Shown here: positions 28,956 through 38,193 of the stretch, piece by piece
Layout of the letters: each line of letters starts with the position of its first letter
How positions within the stretch are numbered: position 1 is the stretch's first letter
Assembly: GCA_963789955.1 (NCBI GenBank)
Contig: CAWBMV010000015.1
Coordinates: forward strand, 1 to 64,000
Reading direction: 5' to 3'
DNA: 64,000 nt
Source of the DNA: an uncultured Candidatus Rokubacteria bacterium
GTDB lineage: Bacteria > Methylomirabilota > Methylomirabilia > Rokubacteriales > CSP1-6
Program-made: the position numbers and the translations under genes
The notes under the pieces: model-generated
Seen by the model: only the letters and a program-made list of their open reading frames with translations
Database searches by the model: none
Told to the model about the DNA's origin: nothing

Positions 28956-30527
28956 TCACGCATCCATGCGGCGCTCCTCCAGGTCGAGCTCGTGTTCCAA
29001 GGTTCGCAGCACGTCGTCGTCGATCGCACCCTCGGCGCGCAGTCGCAGGAGCGCCTCGCGCTCGGCGTCGATCACGGTGCGCTGAATCTCGCGGTGCTCG
29101 ATCGCCTCACGGTCCTCAGCGCCGGATGCCACCGCGTCGCGCCGCCGGTCGACGTGCTCCGAACGGTGCTGGTATGTGTCTCGCATCCGCGCGAGCAGGG
29201 GCTGGTGGCCCGGCCACACCGGGTAGAGCTCATCGATTCGGCGCGTGGCGGCGTCGATCATCGTCTGGCGCGCGTTGGTCTCCTCCTCGTGCAGCTGCAC
29301 GTCGGTACCCAGGTAGAGCTGCCGGATGAGCAGCGGCAAGGTCAGTCCTTGACCCAGGAGCGTGAACACGATGACGGTCAGGGTCACGATCAAGACGGCT
29401 TCGCGAGCGGGAAATGACCCGCCGCCGGACAGCGACACCGGAAAAGCGAGCGCGACCGCGAGCGAGACGACGCCGCGCATGCCGGCCCACGACAGCACGA
29501 GCGACTGTGCCATGAGCCGGGGCGGGCGCGGCTCGCCGCGAAGGAACGGCGGGAGGAACTCGGTCGCGAAGATCCACAGCGTGCGGACCACGACCAGGAC
29601 CAGGCTCACGACGATGCCGATGCCGACGAGCCGAATGGCATGCGCCGGCGCGAGGGCGCGCAGGAGCAGCGGAACCTCCAGACCGGTAATGATGAAGATC
29701 GCCCCGTGCAGCAGGAAGCTGATCGTCTCCCACACCGCGCGGCCGGTCAGGCGGGCGTCGGGTCCCATGATCTGTGAGCCCCGGCGGCCCAGGTAGAGGC
29801 CGGCGGCGACGGTGGCGATCACGCCGGAGACGCCGAGGTTCTGGGCGGGGAGAAACGCGGCGTAGGGTGTCAGCAACGAGATCGTCATCTCGACCGGGGT
29901 GTCCTCGATCCGCGCGCGGACGTGGGCGATGATCCAGCCCACCGCCAGGCCGATCGCGGTGCCGCCGAGCATGGCCACCGCGAAGGTCGTGCCGCCGGCG
30001 GACGCCTTGAACGCGCTTCCGCCGGCCACCGTGATCGCGATGCCATAGATCGTCAACGCGGTCGCGTCGTTCAAGAGGCTCTCGCCCTCGAGGATCGTCA
30101 CGATCCGCCGCGGCACCGACAGCCGCGTCGCGATCGCGGTGGCCGCGATTTCGTCCGGCGGCGCAACGATCGCCCCGAGCGCGATGGCGACGGCCCACGG
30201 GATGCCCGGGATCATGGCGTGGACGACCGCGGCCGCCGCGAATGCGCTCGCCACGACGAGGCCGATGGCCAGCGACGAGATCATCCCCAGATTGGCGCGC
30301 AGGCTGCGCAGCGGTGTGAAGAACGCGGCGATATAGAGCAGGGGGGGCAAGACGAAGAGGAAGATCAGGTCCGGGTCGATTTCGACGCGCGGCGTGCCGG
30401 GCACCAGCCCCAGCACGAGCCCGCCGATGACCAGGAAGATCGGATAGGCGATGCCCACCCACCGGGCAATCGTGACGAGGCCAGCGACCGCGATGAGCAG
30501 GGCCAGGACGAGCTGAGCGGTCTCCAT
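28956..30527 (-). CDS. Na+/H+ antiporter, CPA1 (NhaP/YjcE) family
   Basis: LPPLLY, ILEGESLLNDA, GVSGVIA, WAGMRGVVSLA, ELDLEE. Confidence 0.93.
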   Translation of the reverse strand: METAQLVLALLIAVAGLVTIARWVGIAYPIFLVIGGLVLGLVPGTPRVEIDPDLIFLFVLPPLLYIAAFFTPLRSLRANLGMISSLAIGLVVASAFAAAAVVHAMIPGIPWAVAIALGAIVAPPDEIAATAIATRLSVPRRIVTILEGESLLNDATALTIYGIAITVAGGSAFKASAGGTTFAVAMLGGTAIGLAVGWIIAHVRARIEDTPVEMTISLLTPYAAFLPAQNLGVSGVIATVAAGLYLGRRGSQIMGPDARLTGRAVWETISFLLHGAIFIITGLEVPLLLRALAPAHAIRLVGIGIVVSLVLVVVRTLWIFATEFLPPFLRGEPRPPRLMAQSLVLSWAGMRGVVSLAVALAFPVSLSGGGSFPAREAVLIVTLTVIVFTLLGQGLTLPLLIRQLYLGTDVQLHEEETNARQTMIDAATRRIDELYPVWPGHQPLLARMRDTYQHRSEHVDRRRDAVASGAEDREAIEHREIQRTVIDAEREALLRLRAEGAIDDDVLRTLEHELDLEERRMDA

Positions 30528-30665
30528 GGCGGCGCTCGAAGCCTAGCACGCCAGTGAACGACCCTTCAGGGACTAGACCTCCCGCGTGACGAGCGCCCCG
30601 ACTTCGGAGACACTCATGAGGACGAACGACCTGATCCGGCGCCTCCGGAGGATGAGGATGCGGCC

Positions 30666-31409
30666 ATGACGTCACCCGTGTTGCCCTTCGACTCAGTACC
30701 CGGCATGACCCCGCGCGATCCGGTCGTCTTCCTCGTCGATGTCGACAATACACTGCTCGACAACGATCGCGTCGCGGCCGATCTCAAGCGCCACCTCGAG
30801 CAGGAGGTCGGGCACGAGCGGCAGGAACGGTACTGGGCCATCTTCGAAGAGCTGCGGACCGAGCTGGGTTACGCGGACTATCTGGGGGCGCTCCAGCGCT
30901 ATCGCGTCGAGTATCCTCGCGATCCGCACGTGCTGACCGTCTCGTCGTTCATGGTGAACTACCCCTTCGCCAATCGGCTCTATCCGAACTCACTCGACGT
31001 GCTGGAGCGCTTCCGCGGTTGGGGCCCGACCGTCATCCTCTCCGACGGCGACGCGGTGTTCCAGCCGCGCAAGATCGAGCGCTCGGGTATTCGAGACGTC
31101 GTGGACGGCAATGTCCTGATCTACATCCACAAGGAGCGCGAGCTCGACGACGTCGAGCAGCGCTACCCGGCTGATCACTATGTTCTGGTCGACGACAAGC
31201 TGCGTATCTTGACGGCCGTGAAGCGGGTGTGGGACCGCCGAGTCACGACGGTCTTCCCGCGACAAGGACACTACGCGCGCGACCCGAAGGAGCTCGCCAC
31301 GAATCCGCCGGCCGACCTGACGGTCGAGCGTATCGGCGATCTGCTCGAGTACGACCGAGCAACGCTCCTCGCCGCGGCGTCGCGGCCAACCACGGTCAAG
31401 GCACGGTGA
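30666..31409 (+). CDS. HAD-superfamily hydrolase
   Basis: DVDNTL, ILSDGD, VDDK motifs. Confidence 0.85.
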   Translation: MTSPVLPFDSVPGMTPRDPVVFLVDVDNTLLDNDRVAADLKRHLEQEVGHERQERYWAIFEELRTELGYADYLGALQRYRVEYPRDPHVLTVSSFMVNYPFANRLYPNSLDVLERFRGWGPTVILSDGDAVFQPRKIERSGIRDVVDGNVLIYIHKERELDDVEQRYPADHYVLVDDKLRILTAVKRVWDRRVTTVFPRQGHYARDPKELATNPPADLTVERIGDLLEYDRATLLAAASRPTTVKAR

Positions 31410-31429
31410 GCTTCGACAAGGAGGGTGTC

Positions 31430-31672
31430 ATGGACGACAAGGAAGTCCTGGGTCGAATCAACGAGCTCACCCGCGAGGAACACGAGCTGTTCGAGCGCGA
31501 GTCACACGGGAAGGTGACTGACGCCGACCGCGCGCGATTGCGCCGGCTCGAGGTCACCTTGGACCAGTGCTGGGACCTGCTACGGCAGAGACGGGCACGG
31601 CGGGCGGCGGGACTCAACCCGGACGACGCGCAGGTACGCGACGAGAAGACAGTCGAGGGCTACACGGCCTGA
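31430..31672 (+). CDS. DUF2630 family protein
   Basis: AAGGAGG RBS; LEVTLDQCWDLLRQRRARR...VEGY signature. Confidence 0.85.
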   Translation: MDDKEVLGRINELTREEHELFERESHGKVTDADRARLRRLEVTLDQCWDLLRQRRARRAAGLNPDDAQVRDEKTVEGYTA

Positions 31673-31691
31673 GCGGCGCGGAGGGCTCGTG

Positions 31692-31947
31692 ATGTCAAAA
31701 GTCTGGCTGGTCACCGGTAGCGGCAGCGGGCTGGGCCGTCACATTGCCGACGCGGTCCTCGCACGTGGCCCAGGTCATCCTTCGTCTGGCGGCCGGCGAT
31801 CGCTTACCCACGCATCTCCTGCTGGGCAGTGACGCCGTTCAGTGCGCCGGCCAGGCCGAGGCGGCGCGCGCCGCCGACGGGGATCGCTGGCGGAAGATCA
31901 GCGTCTCGACCGACGCGAGCGCCTCGGGACCGATACCGGCACTGTGA
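31692..31947 (+). pseudogene. SDR oxidoreductase with large internal deletion
   Basis: MSKVWLVTGSGSGLGRHIADAVLARG joined directly to C-terminal VAQVILRLA...LLLGSDAV...WRKISVSTD. Confidence 0.8.
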
Positions 31948-32020
31948 CGCCGGCGCGCGTCCGTTCGTGCGTCATCTGGTCGGCGGCTCGTAGCGGTGAT
32001 AAGGTTCGCTCCGACGGATC

Positions 32021-32314
32021 ATGTCGACGATCGTCATTCGCCGAAAGCACGACCTGGGACTCGCGAAGGCCAAGCGTCTCGCCGAGAGTGTTGCCCGGCA
32101 GTTACAGGGCGATTACGGCGGGTCTTTCACCTGGAAAGGCGCCGATCTCCACTTCAAGACGACCGGGGCATCTGGCTCGGTGGCCGTGACGAAGGCCGGC
32201 TTCCAGGTGCGCGTGGAGCTCGGCTTGCTGCTGAGCCCGCTACGCTCGCGAATCGAGCGCGAGATCGTCACCTTCTGCGACGAGCACTTCGGCGAAATCG
32301 CCCGACCAAAGTGA
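32021..32314 (+). CDS. Polyhydroxyalkanoic acid system protein (PHA_gran_rgn family)
   Basis: IRRKHDLGLAKAK, WKGADLHFKTTGASG, LGLLLSPLRSRIEREI. Confidence 0.8.
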   Translation: MSTIVIRRKHDLGLAKAKRLAESVARQLQGDYGGSFTWKGADLHFKTTGASGSVAVTKAGFQVRVELGLLLSPLRSRIEREIVTFCDEHFGEIARPK

Positions 32315-32367
32315 CAAACGGAACTTTTGGACTGGCTCCTCAATTTTCTCCGTTGGGGGTGGTGAGT

Positions 32368-32862
32368 ATGCGATTTCTGAGTGCGTTCCTGCTCATCGCG
32401 GTGGTTCTGGGTACGGCAGGGCCTATCGGAGCCGACGGGAGCTCGGAGCCGAGCAAGTCGGCGTCCCAGGGTAATCCCACGTACGTCGCGGGGGTGAGTG
32501 CCGTCAAGCGTGGCGACTATCCGGCGGCGATCCGTCTCTTCCAGGAGGTGGTCGCGAAGGACGACCAGAACGCGGACGCATACAACTGGCTCGCCTACAG
32601 CACTCGTAAGAGCGGTGACGCGGCGAAGGCGATCCCGATCTACGAGAAGGCTCTGGCCATCAATCCCAAGCACCGGGGCGCTCACGAATACATCGGCGAG
32701 GCTTTCCTCGTGCTGGGCGATCTTCCCAAGGCGAAGGAGCATCTCGCCGTGCTCGACAAGCTGTGCTTGTTGCCCTGCGAGGAGTACTCCGACTTGAAGA
32801 AGGCCGTCCGGGACTACGAGAGCAGCGGCGGCCGGGTCAAGCCGGTGAGCACGTCCAACTGA
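32368..32862 (+). CDS. Exported TPR protein
   Basis: Signal peptide; ADAYNWLAYSTRK, YEKALAINPKHRGAHEYIGE, CLLPCEEY. Confidence 0.85.
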   Translation: MRFLSAFLLIAVVLGTAGPIGADGSSEPSKSASQGNPTYVAGVSAVKRGDYPAAIRLFQEVVAKDDQNADAYNWLAYSTRKSGDAAKAIPIYEKALAINPKHRGAHEYIGEAFLVLGDLPKAKEHLAVLDKLCLLPCEEYSDLKKAVRDYESSGGRVKPVSTSN

Positions 32863-33189
32863 ACGACTGCGCCTGACGAGCCGCGCTCCTGCATCATCGT
32901 GATCAGGAGCGCGGGCCACTCTCCGCCCGAAGGCGCCGAGTCAGGCGCCGCGCCCGAGCGAACACTGTATTTCGGGCATAGCGCCCGAGCCGGTCCGCGG
33001 CAGCCGGCGCACCAGCTGGTGCTCCCTGACGGGGACTCTCCTCGGTTTGACCGACCGGAATTCCACAAAGAAACCGCGCCTTCCATAGTGAAACGCGCCA
33101 ATTGCGACTAGGGCGCCGAGTCGCCGATTTGCCGCGAGTCGACGTTGGTCTTTTGTTTGCAGGATCTCTTCGGCAGGAGGGTGACGACA

Positions 33190-33417
33190 ATGGGTTGGCT
33201 AGACCTGAGCGAGTACAAGCAGATCGACAATGCAGCGCGAGCTCGTGTCGCCGATCTTCTCTCCTCAGCCAGACCGCGACGGCCGAGAAAAGCAGCAGCG
33301 GCACGACGCTCGTCGCTCGCGACCTTGCTCTACGTCACGTCCAGGCTCCGCGCCAGGCCGCGAATGATCGATGGCTACATCGACTACTTCGGCGAACCGG
33401 TGCTGAACCAGGGATAG
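33190..33417 (+). CDS. Small hypothetical protein
   Basis: AGGAGG 9 nt before ATG at 33190; 75-aa ORF. Confidence 0.5.
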   Translation: MGWLDLSEYKQIDNAARARVADLLSSARPRRPRKAAAARRSSLATLLYVTSRLRARPRMIDGYIDYFGEPVLNQG

Positions 33418-33660
33418 CCGCGCGAGAGGCGTGCGATTAGTGCCGGCCGCTGATTCATCCGGGCGGCCGGGTACCCTTGCCCGCATAACTCTCCGATCTT
33501 GAGCTCCGCGTCCGCCAGAAACTAGGTGCGTGGGCGCCGGCGTCGGTCGAATTGGCTACGGGTCGATTTCACGGCGCGCCCATGTCGGTGTCTTGAGAGG
33601 TACGCGCGGGAGTAACGGCGTACCGCGATGCGAACGAGTGAGTCGGGAGGTGATCGACGG

Positions 33661-34269
33661 ATGTCCCACATGTTGGATGCGCAGATCGATAGCGATGCCG
33701 CGCTCGTAGAGGCGCTACGCCGAGACGATCCAGACGCCGCCGATCAGCTTGTCGAGCGTTACGGTGAGCGCCTGTATCGCCTGGCAGCGGGTGTCACCGG
33801 CACGCGCGAGGACGCCGAGGAAGCCACGCAAGTGGCGCTGATGAAGGCGGTTCGAACGATCGAGACGTTCAAGGGAGACTCGAGCTTCGGCGGATGGCTC
33901 GACCGTCTCGCCGCCGGTGTTGCGCATCGCAAGCTGTTGAGGCGGCCGCCGAAGTCCGAGACGGTCGCGCTGGACGACGTGCTGCCCCCGTTCGATCGCG
34001 CCGGCCGACATTTCGAGCCGATGAACGACTGGTCGGGTCGGATCGACGGGTCGGGGCTTCAGGGCGAGTTGCGTCGGGTCATGACCGACGCGATCGACGC
34101 TCTGCCGCCCGACCATCGAACCGCCCTGGTCCTGCACGACGTCGAGGGCATGTCGGACGCCGACATCGCCGAGGTGCTCGGCGTCGGCCCGAGCGCAGTC
34201 CGGGCTCGCGTGCACCGCTCTCGACTGTTCCTGCGCCAACGTCTGTCGAAGCACCTCGACTCGACGTAG
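33661..34269 (+). CDS. ECF sigma-70 factor
   Basis: GGAGG RBS; region 2 LVERYGERLYRLA...DAEEATQ...FKGDSSFGGWL; region 4 LHDVEGMSDADIAEVLG...RVHRSR. Confidence 0.88.
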   Translation: MSHMLDAQIDSDAALVEALRRDDPDAADQLVERYGERLYRLAAGVTGTREDAEEATQVALMKAVRTIETFKGDSSFGGWLDRLAAGVAHRKLLRRPPKSETVALDDVLPPFDRAGRHFEPMNDWSGRIDGSGLQGELRRVMTDAIDALPPDHRTALVLHDVEGMSDADIAEVLGVGPSAVRARVHRSRLFLRQRLSKHLDST

Positions 34270-34333
34270 TCGCCCCGGGTCGACCCCTCGCCATCTCGAG
34301 ACGTTTCGCGTGGATGGCCGCGATCACGCTCAC

Positions 34334-34360
34334 TGTCGATTCTGGCTGTCCCGGAACGAC
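34334..34360 (+). promoter_or_regulatory. ECF42-type promoter TGTCGA-N17-CGAC
   Basis: -35 at 34334-34339 and -10 at 34357-34360, upstream of the DGPF-DGPF-ECF42 operon. Confidence 0.75.
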
Positions 34361-34403
34361 AATCTAGTGTCCGCGGCCATTCGCCGGCGCCGAAGGAGGG
34401 GTC

Positions 34404-34757
34404 ATGAAGTACGTATGCCTGGTCTATCTTGTCGAGCGAGAGATGATCGCGATGTCCAAGGGGGAAGCGGACGCCTGCACCGACGAGAGCTTGGCCTACG
34501 ATGATGCCCTCAGGAGGGCCGGGCACCTTGTCGTTGCCCACGCGCTGCAGCCGGTCGAGGCTGCCACCACTGTCAGGGTTCGGAACGGCAAGCTCTCCAC
34601 GACGGACGGCCCCTTCGCCGAAACGAAAGAACAGCTGGGCGGGTTCATTCTGATCGAGGCACGGGACCTGAACGAGGCCATCCAGGTGGCGGCGAAGATC
34701 CCGCTGGCCCGGCGTGGCAGCATCGAGGTACGACCGATCAGAGAGATCAGGCCCTGA
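34404..34757 (+). CDS. YciI/DGPF domain protein
   Basis: TTDGPFAETKEQLGGF, GSIEVRP. Confidence 0.92.
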   Translation: MKYVCLVYLVEREMIAMSKGEADACTDESLAYDDALRRAGHLVVAHALQPVEAATTVRVRNGKLSTTDGPFAETKEQLGGFILIEARDLNEAIQVAAKIPLARRGSIEVRPIREIRP

Positions 34758-34768
34758 GGAGAACGTTC

Positions 34769-35125
34769 ATGAAATTCATGTTCATGATCTATCACGACGA
34801 GAATGTGCTGGACGCGCTGCCGAAGGGCGAGATGCAGGCCCTCATCGACTCGGCCCTCGACTACGACGATGAGATCCGGGAGAGCGGCCACTACATCGTT
34901 TCGGACGCCCTGGAATCCTCTCGGACGGCCCGGACCATCCGGGTCCGCGGCGGCAAGGTCTCCACGACCGACGGCCCCTTCGCCGAGACGAAGGAGCAGC
35001 TCGGTGGGTTCTTCCTCATCGAGGCCAAGGACATCGACGAGGCGTGCGAGGTCGCCTCGCGGTTCCCGCCGGCGCGGGTCGGCATCATCGAAGTCCGCCC
35101 GGTGAGGGAGCTGACGCACTCCTAG
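34769..35125 (+). CDS. YciI/DGPF domain protein (tandem paralogue)
   Basis: TTDGPFAETKEQLGGF, IIEVRP. Confidence 0.92.
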   Translation: MKFMFMIYHDENVLDALPKGEMQALIDSALDYDDEIRESGHYIVSDALESSRTARTIRVRGGKVSTTDGPFAETKEQLGGFFLIEAKDIDEACEVASRFPPARVGIIEVRPVRELTHS

Positions 35126-35140
35126 CCGCGACACCCGGTC

Positions 35141-36394
35141 ATGAATGAGCCAACAGTCGACCACGCCCGCGAGGCGGTGGACGCGATCTATCGGTCCGAA
35201 TCACGGCGCGTCCTGGCCACGCTCATCCGTCTGCTCGGTGGCTTCGATCTCGCTGAAGAGGCGCTGCACGAAGCCTTCGCCGCCGCGGTCGAGCAATGGC
35301 CGCGCGAGGGTACGCCGGCCAATCCGCGGGCGTGGCTCGTTTCGACCGGGCGCTTCAAGGCCATCGACGCCATGCGTCGGCGCGCGCGGTTCGACGCCTC
35401 GGAGGCGGAGCTGGCCGAGCGGCTCGAGGCGGAAACCACTCGCACCATGCCGGGAGAGGCTCAGGACATCGAGGACGACCGGCTCCGCTTGATCTTCACC
35501 TGCTGCCATCCGGCCCTGCCGCCGGACGCGCAGGTCGCATTGACCCTGCGCGAGGTCTGCGGGCTGACGACCGAGGAGATCGCGCGCGCCTTTCTCGCCG
35601 CACCACCTACGCTCGCCCAGCGCATCGTCCGCGCCAAGGGGAAGATCCGCGACGCGCGCATCCCCTATGAGATCCCCGCGCTGCCCGAGCTGCCGGATCG
35701 ATTGGACGCGGTCCTGCACGTCATCTACCTGGTCTTCAACGAGGGCTACTCGGCCTCGTCAGGCGGGTCACTGACGCGGGCCGATCTCTCCGGCGAGGCC
35801 ATTCGCCTGGGACGACTCCTGGTCGAGCTGCTCCCGGAGCCCGAGGCCCTGGGCCTGCTGGCGCTGATGCTGCTCCACGAGTCACGCCGCGTCGCGCGCA
35901 CCTCGTCGAGCGGCGAGCTGATCCTGTTGGACGATCAGGACCGTTCGCTCTGGGATCGGGCTCACATCGCCGAGGGCAACGCGCTCGTGCAACGGGCGCT
36001 CGCATCTCGACGGATCGGTCCGTACACCCTCCAGGCCGCGATCGCGTCGGTGCACGCGGAGGCGCCCGCCGCCGCGGCGACCGACTGGACGCAGATCGTC
36101 GGCCTCTACGACGTGCTGATGCGGGCGTCTCCATCGCCGGTGGTCGAGCTCAACCGCGCGGTCGCCGTCGCGATGCGCGACGGACCCATGGCGGGTCTGG
36201 CTCTCATCGACACGATCCTGGGGCGCGGCGACCTCGCCGACTATCCGCTGGCGCACTCCGCGCGCGCCGACCTGTGCCGGAGGCTCGGAAAGAGCGGTGA
36301 TGCCCGCGCCTCCTACGAACGGGCGCTGAGCCTCACGCGGCAGGAGCCGCAACGACGTTTTCTCGAGCGACGCCTGGCCGAGCTCGGCGACTGA
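35141..36394 (+). CDS. ECF sigma factor with C-terminal TPR extension (ECF42 group)
   Basis: [54 protein letters not shown]; adjacent DGPF genes. Confidence 0.92.
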   Translation: MNEPTVDHAREAVDAIYRSESRRVLATLIRLLGGFDLAEEALHEAFAAAVEQWPREGTPANPRAWLVSTGRFKAIDAMRRRARFDASEAELAERLEAETTRTMPGEAQDIEDDRLRLIFTCCHPALPPDAQVALTLREVCGLTTEEIARAFLAAPPTLAQRIVRAKGKIRDARIPYEIPALPELPDRLDAVLHVIYLVFNEGYSASSGGSLTRADLSGEAIRLGRLLVELLPEPEALGLLALMLLHESRRVARTSSSGELILLDDQDRSLWDRAHIAEGNALVQRALASRRIGPYTLQAAIASVHAEAPAAAATDWTQIVGLYDVLMRASPSPVVELNRAVAVAMRDGPMAGLALIDTILGRGDLADYPLAHSARADLCRRLGKSGDARASYERALSLTRQEPQRRFLERRLAELGD

Positions 36395-36395
36395 C

Positions 36396-36626
36396 TCACC
36401 CGACGAGGTCGTGCTCGATCGCGTCCTCCGAGTTCTCGCTCGGCTTCGCGCGCTCTCTTCTCCGCCGCCACATATCTGGCTTCGGCCGTTCTGGAACTCC
36501 GTGGATTCGACGGAACTCCTCGGCTGGCACGACCCGTATTACGCGACCCAGTCCGTCGAGGATCGTCACGGGCGCCGCGCTCTCCTCTTCGGCGACTCGG
36601 TCTCCGATCCTGCTGAGCTCATCGAC
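36396..36626 (-). CDS. Small hypothetical protein not in the ORF track; start codon uncertain
   Basis: Open frame (V)DELSRIGDRVAEEESAAPVTILDGLGRVIRVVPAEEFRRIHG...HDLVG*; AAGGGGG just upstream; in-frame GTG at 36569. Confidence 0.45.
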   Translation of the reverse strand, partial: VDELSRIGDRVAEEESAAPVTILDGLGRVIRVVPAEEFRRIHGVPERPKPDMWRRRRERAKPSENSEDAIEHDLVG

Positions 36627-36718
36627 GTTCCCCCTTCTAGGTGCTCTTCGCGGCCTTTGGATGCGCCCATCCCGGGCATCGGTTCTCGCTCCCCGTACTT
36701 GGCAGGTAGCGGCCGGAA

Positions 36719-36745
36719 TGTCGATCGCGACCCGGCTCGTTCGAC
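36719..36745 (+). promoter_or_regulatory. Second ECF42-type promoter TGTCGA-N17-CGAC
   Basis: -35 at 36719-36724 and -10 at 36742-36745, ~80 nt upstream of the DUF899 gene. Confidence 0.7.
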
Positions 36746-36824
36746 GATAGAGCGGGGAAGCCGTTTACGCCGCGTGGGTCGGCGAGGGCAGTAACGATCC
36801 GAAACGAGAGCAGACGAGAGCGTG

Positions 36825-37632
36825 ATGGACAGCCCAAGGATCGTCTCGCACGCAGAATGGCTCGAAGCTCGTAAGGCGCCGTGGTGACGGAAAAGGAGCT
36901 CACGAGGTTCCGCGACCGGTTGGCCGCCGAGCGTCGTGCGCTGCCGTGGGTGAAGGTGGAAAAGCGGTACGTCTTCGACGCGCGTCAGGGCAAGGTGACG
37001 TTGGCCGATCTGTTCGACGGACGCAGCCAGCTCTTCGTCAAGCATTTCATGATGGGGCCCGGCCAAGCGACTCAGTGCGTCGGGTGTTCCCTCGAGGTGG
37101 ACCATGTCGAGGGGCTCCTTGGGCATCTGCAGAACCACGACGTGTCGTACGCCGTCGGTGGCGCGCGCGCCGATAGCGGAGATCGAAACCGTCCGTGAGC
37201 GTATGGGATGGCGCTTCACGTGGGTGTCGTCGTATCACTCCGAGTTCAACTATGACTTCCACGTCTCGTTCACGCCCCAGCAGATCGCGACGGGCCGCGC
37301 TCTTCTACAACTACGAATACGTGAACCCCGGGCTCGAGGACCTGTCGGGCGACAGCGTCTTCGTCAGGGACGAGGCCGGCCAGATCTTCCACACGTATTC
37401 CACGTATGGGCGCGGCGGCGAGGAGTTCCTCGGCATCTACCGATATCTCGATGCGACACCAAGAGGGCGCGACGAGAATGGCCCGTACAACACGCTCGCG
37501 GACTGGGTGCGGCCGAGGAACATGTACGGCAAGGGCGGCTTGGTGGAGGGAAGCGGGCGCTATCACCAGCCGGCCTGCGGTTGCCGCGTTCCTGCCGAAT
37601 CCGGGACTCGAAGTGAGCCATCAAATAGATAG
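36825..37632 (+). CDS. DUF899 (thioredoxin-like) protein (frameshifted)
   Basis: PRIVSHAEWLEARK, EKELTRFRDRLAAERRALPWVKV, LADLFDGRSQL, CVGCS, MGWRFTWVSS, FHTYSTYGRG, LDATPRGRDE. Confidence 0.88.
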
Positions 37633-37655
37633 GCGGAGCACACAGGGAGCTGAAT

Positions 37656-38159
37656 GTGGTGGAGATGATCGGAACGTGGACGCCATGGGCGGCGTTCGTA
37701 GTGTTCGTCCTGGTCCTCGCGAACCAGGCGGGCGTCCCGATTCCCGCCACGCCGTCGTTGCTAGCGGCCGGCGCACTGGCGGCCGGCGGCAGGTTGAGCT
37801 TCAGCGTGATCCTTGCGGCCGCGGTCGCGGCCGCGCTGAGCGCCGACCTCGTGTGGTACGGCCTGGGACGCTGGCGGGGTGCTCAGACGTTGGCGGTTCT
37901 CCGGCGACGCATGAAACCGCACGCGTGGATCGACTGGGTCGAGAGCCTTTTCCTGACCCATCGTTTCGGGGTTTTGTTTGGCGCCCGATTCTTGCCGGAG
38001 CTGAATCCAGTCGGAGCTGGGCTGGCCGGCGCCACCGGGGTGGGGCCCGCACACTTCTTGCTGTCTGCGTCTGGGAGCGCGCTCGTCTGGGCCGGTGCCT
38101 GGGCCGGTGCCGGCTACTTGTTGACCGAGGCAACCGCCCTTCTTCGACTGAGCAGGTGA
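37656..38159 (+). CDS. DedA/VTT family membrane protein
   Basis: QAGVPIPA, ADLVWYGLGR, ARFLPEL, SALVWAG. Confidence 0.82.
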   Translation: MVEMIGTWTPWAAFVVFVLVLANQAGVPIPATPSLLAAGALAAGGRLSFSVILAAAVAAALSADLVWYGLGRWRGAQTLAVLRRRMKPHAWIDWVESLFLTHRFGVLFGARFLPELNPVGAGLAGATGVGPAHFLLSASGSALVWAGAWAGAGYLLTEATALLRLSR

Positions 38160-38193
38160 TATCGCCGAAGAGGTCTTGCCTCAGAAGCGAACG

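Noticed and set aside
34590..35030. Near-identical nucleotide stretches in the two DGPF genes
   Set aside because: Explained by the conserved TTDGPFAETKEQLGGF motif in tandem paralogues, not a repeat array.
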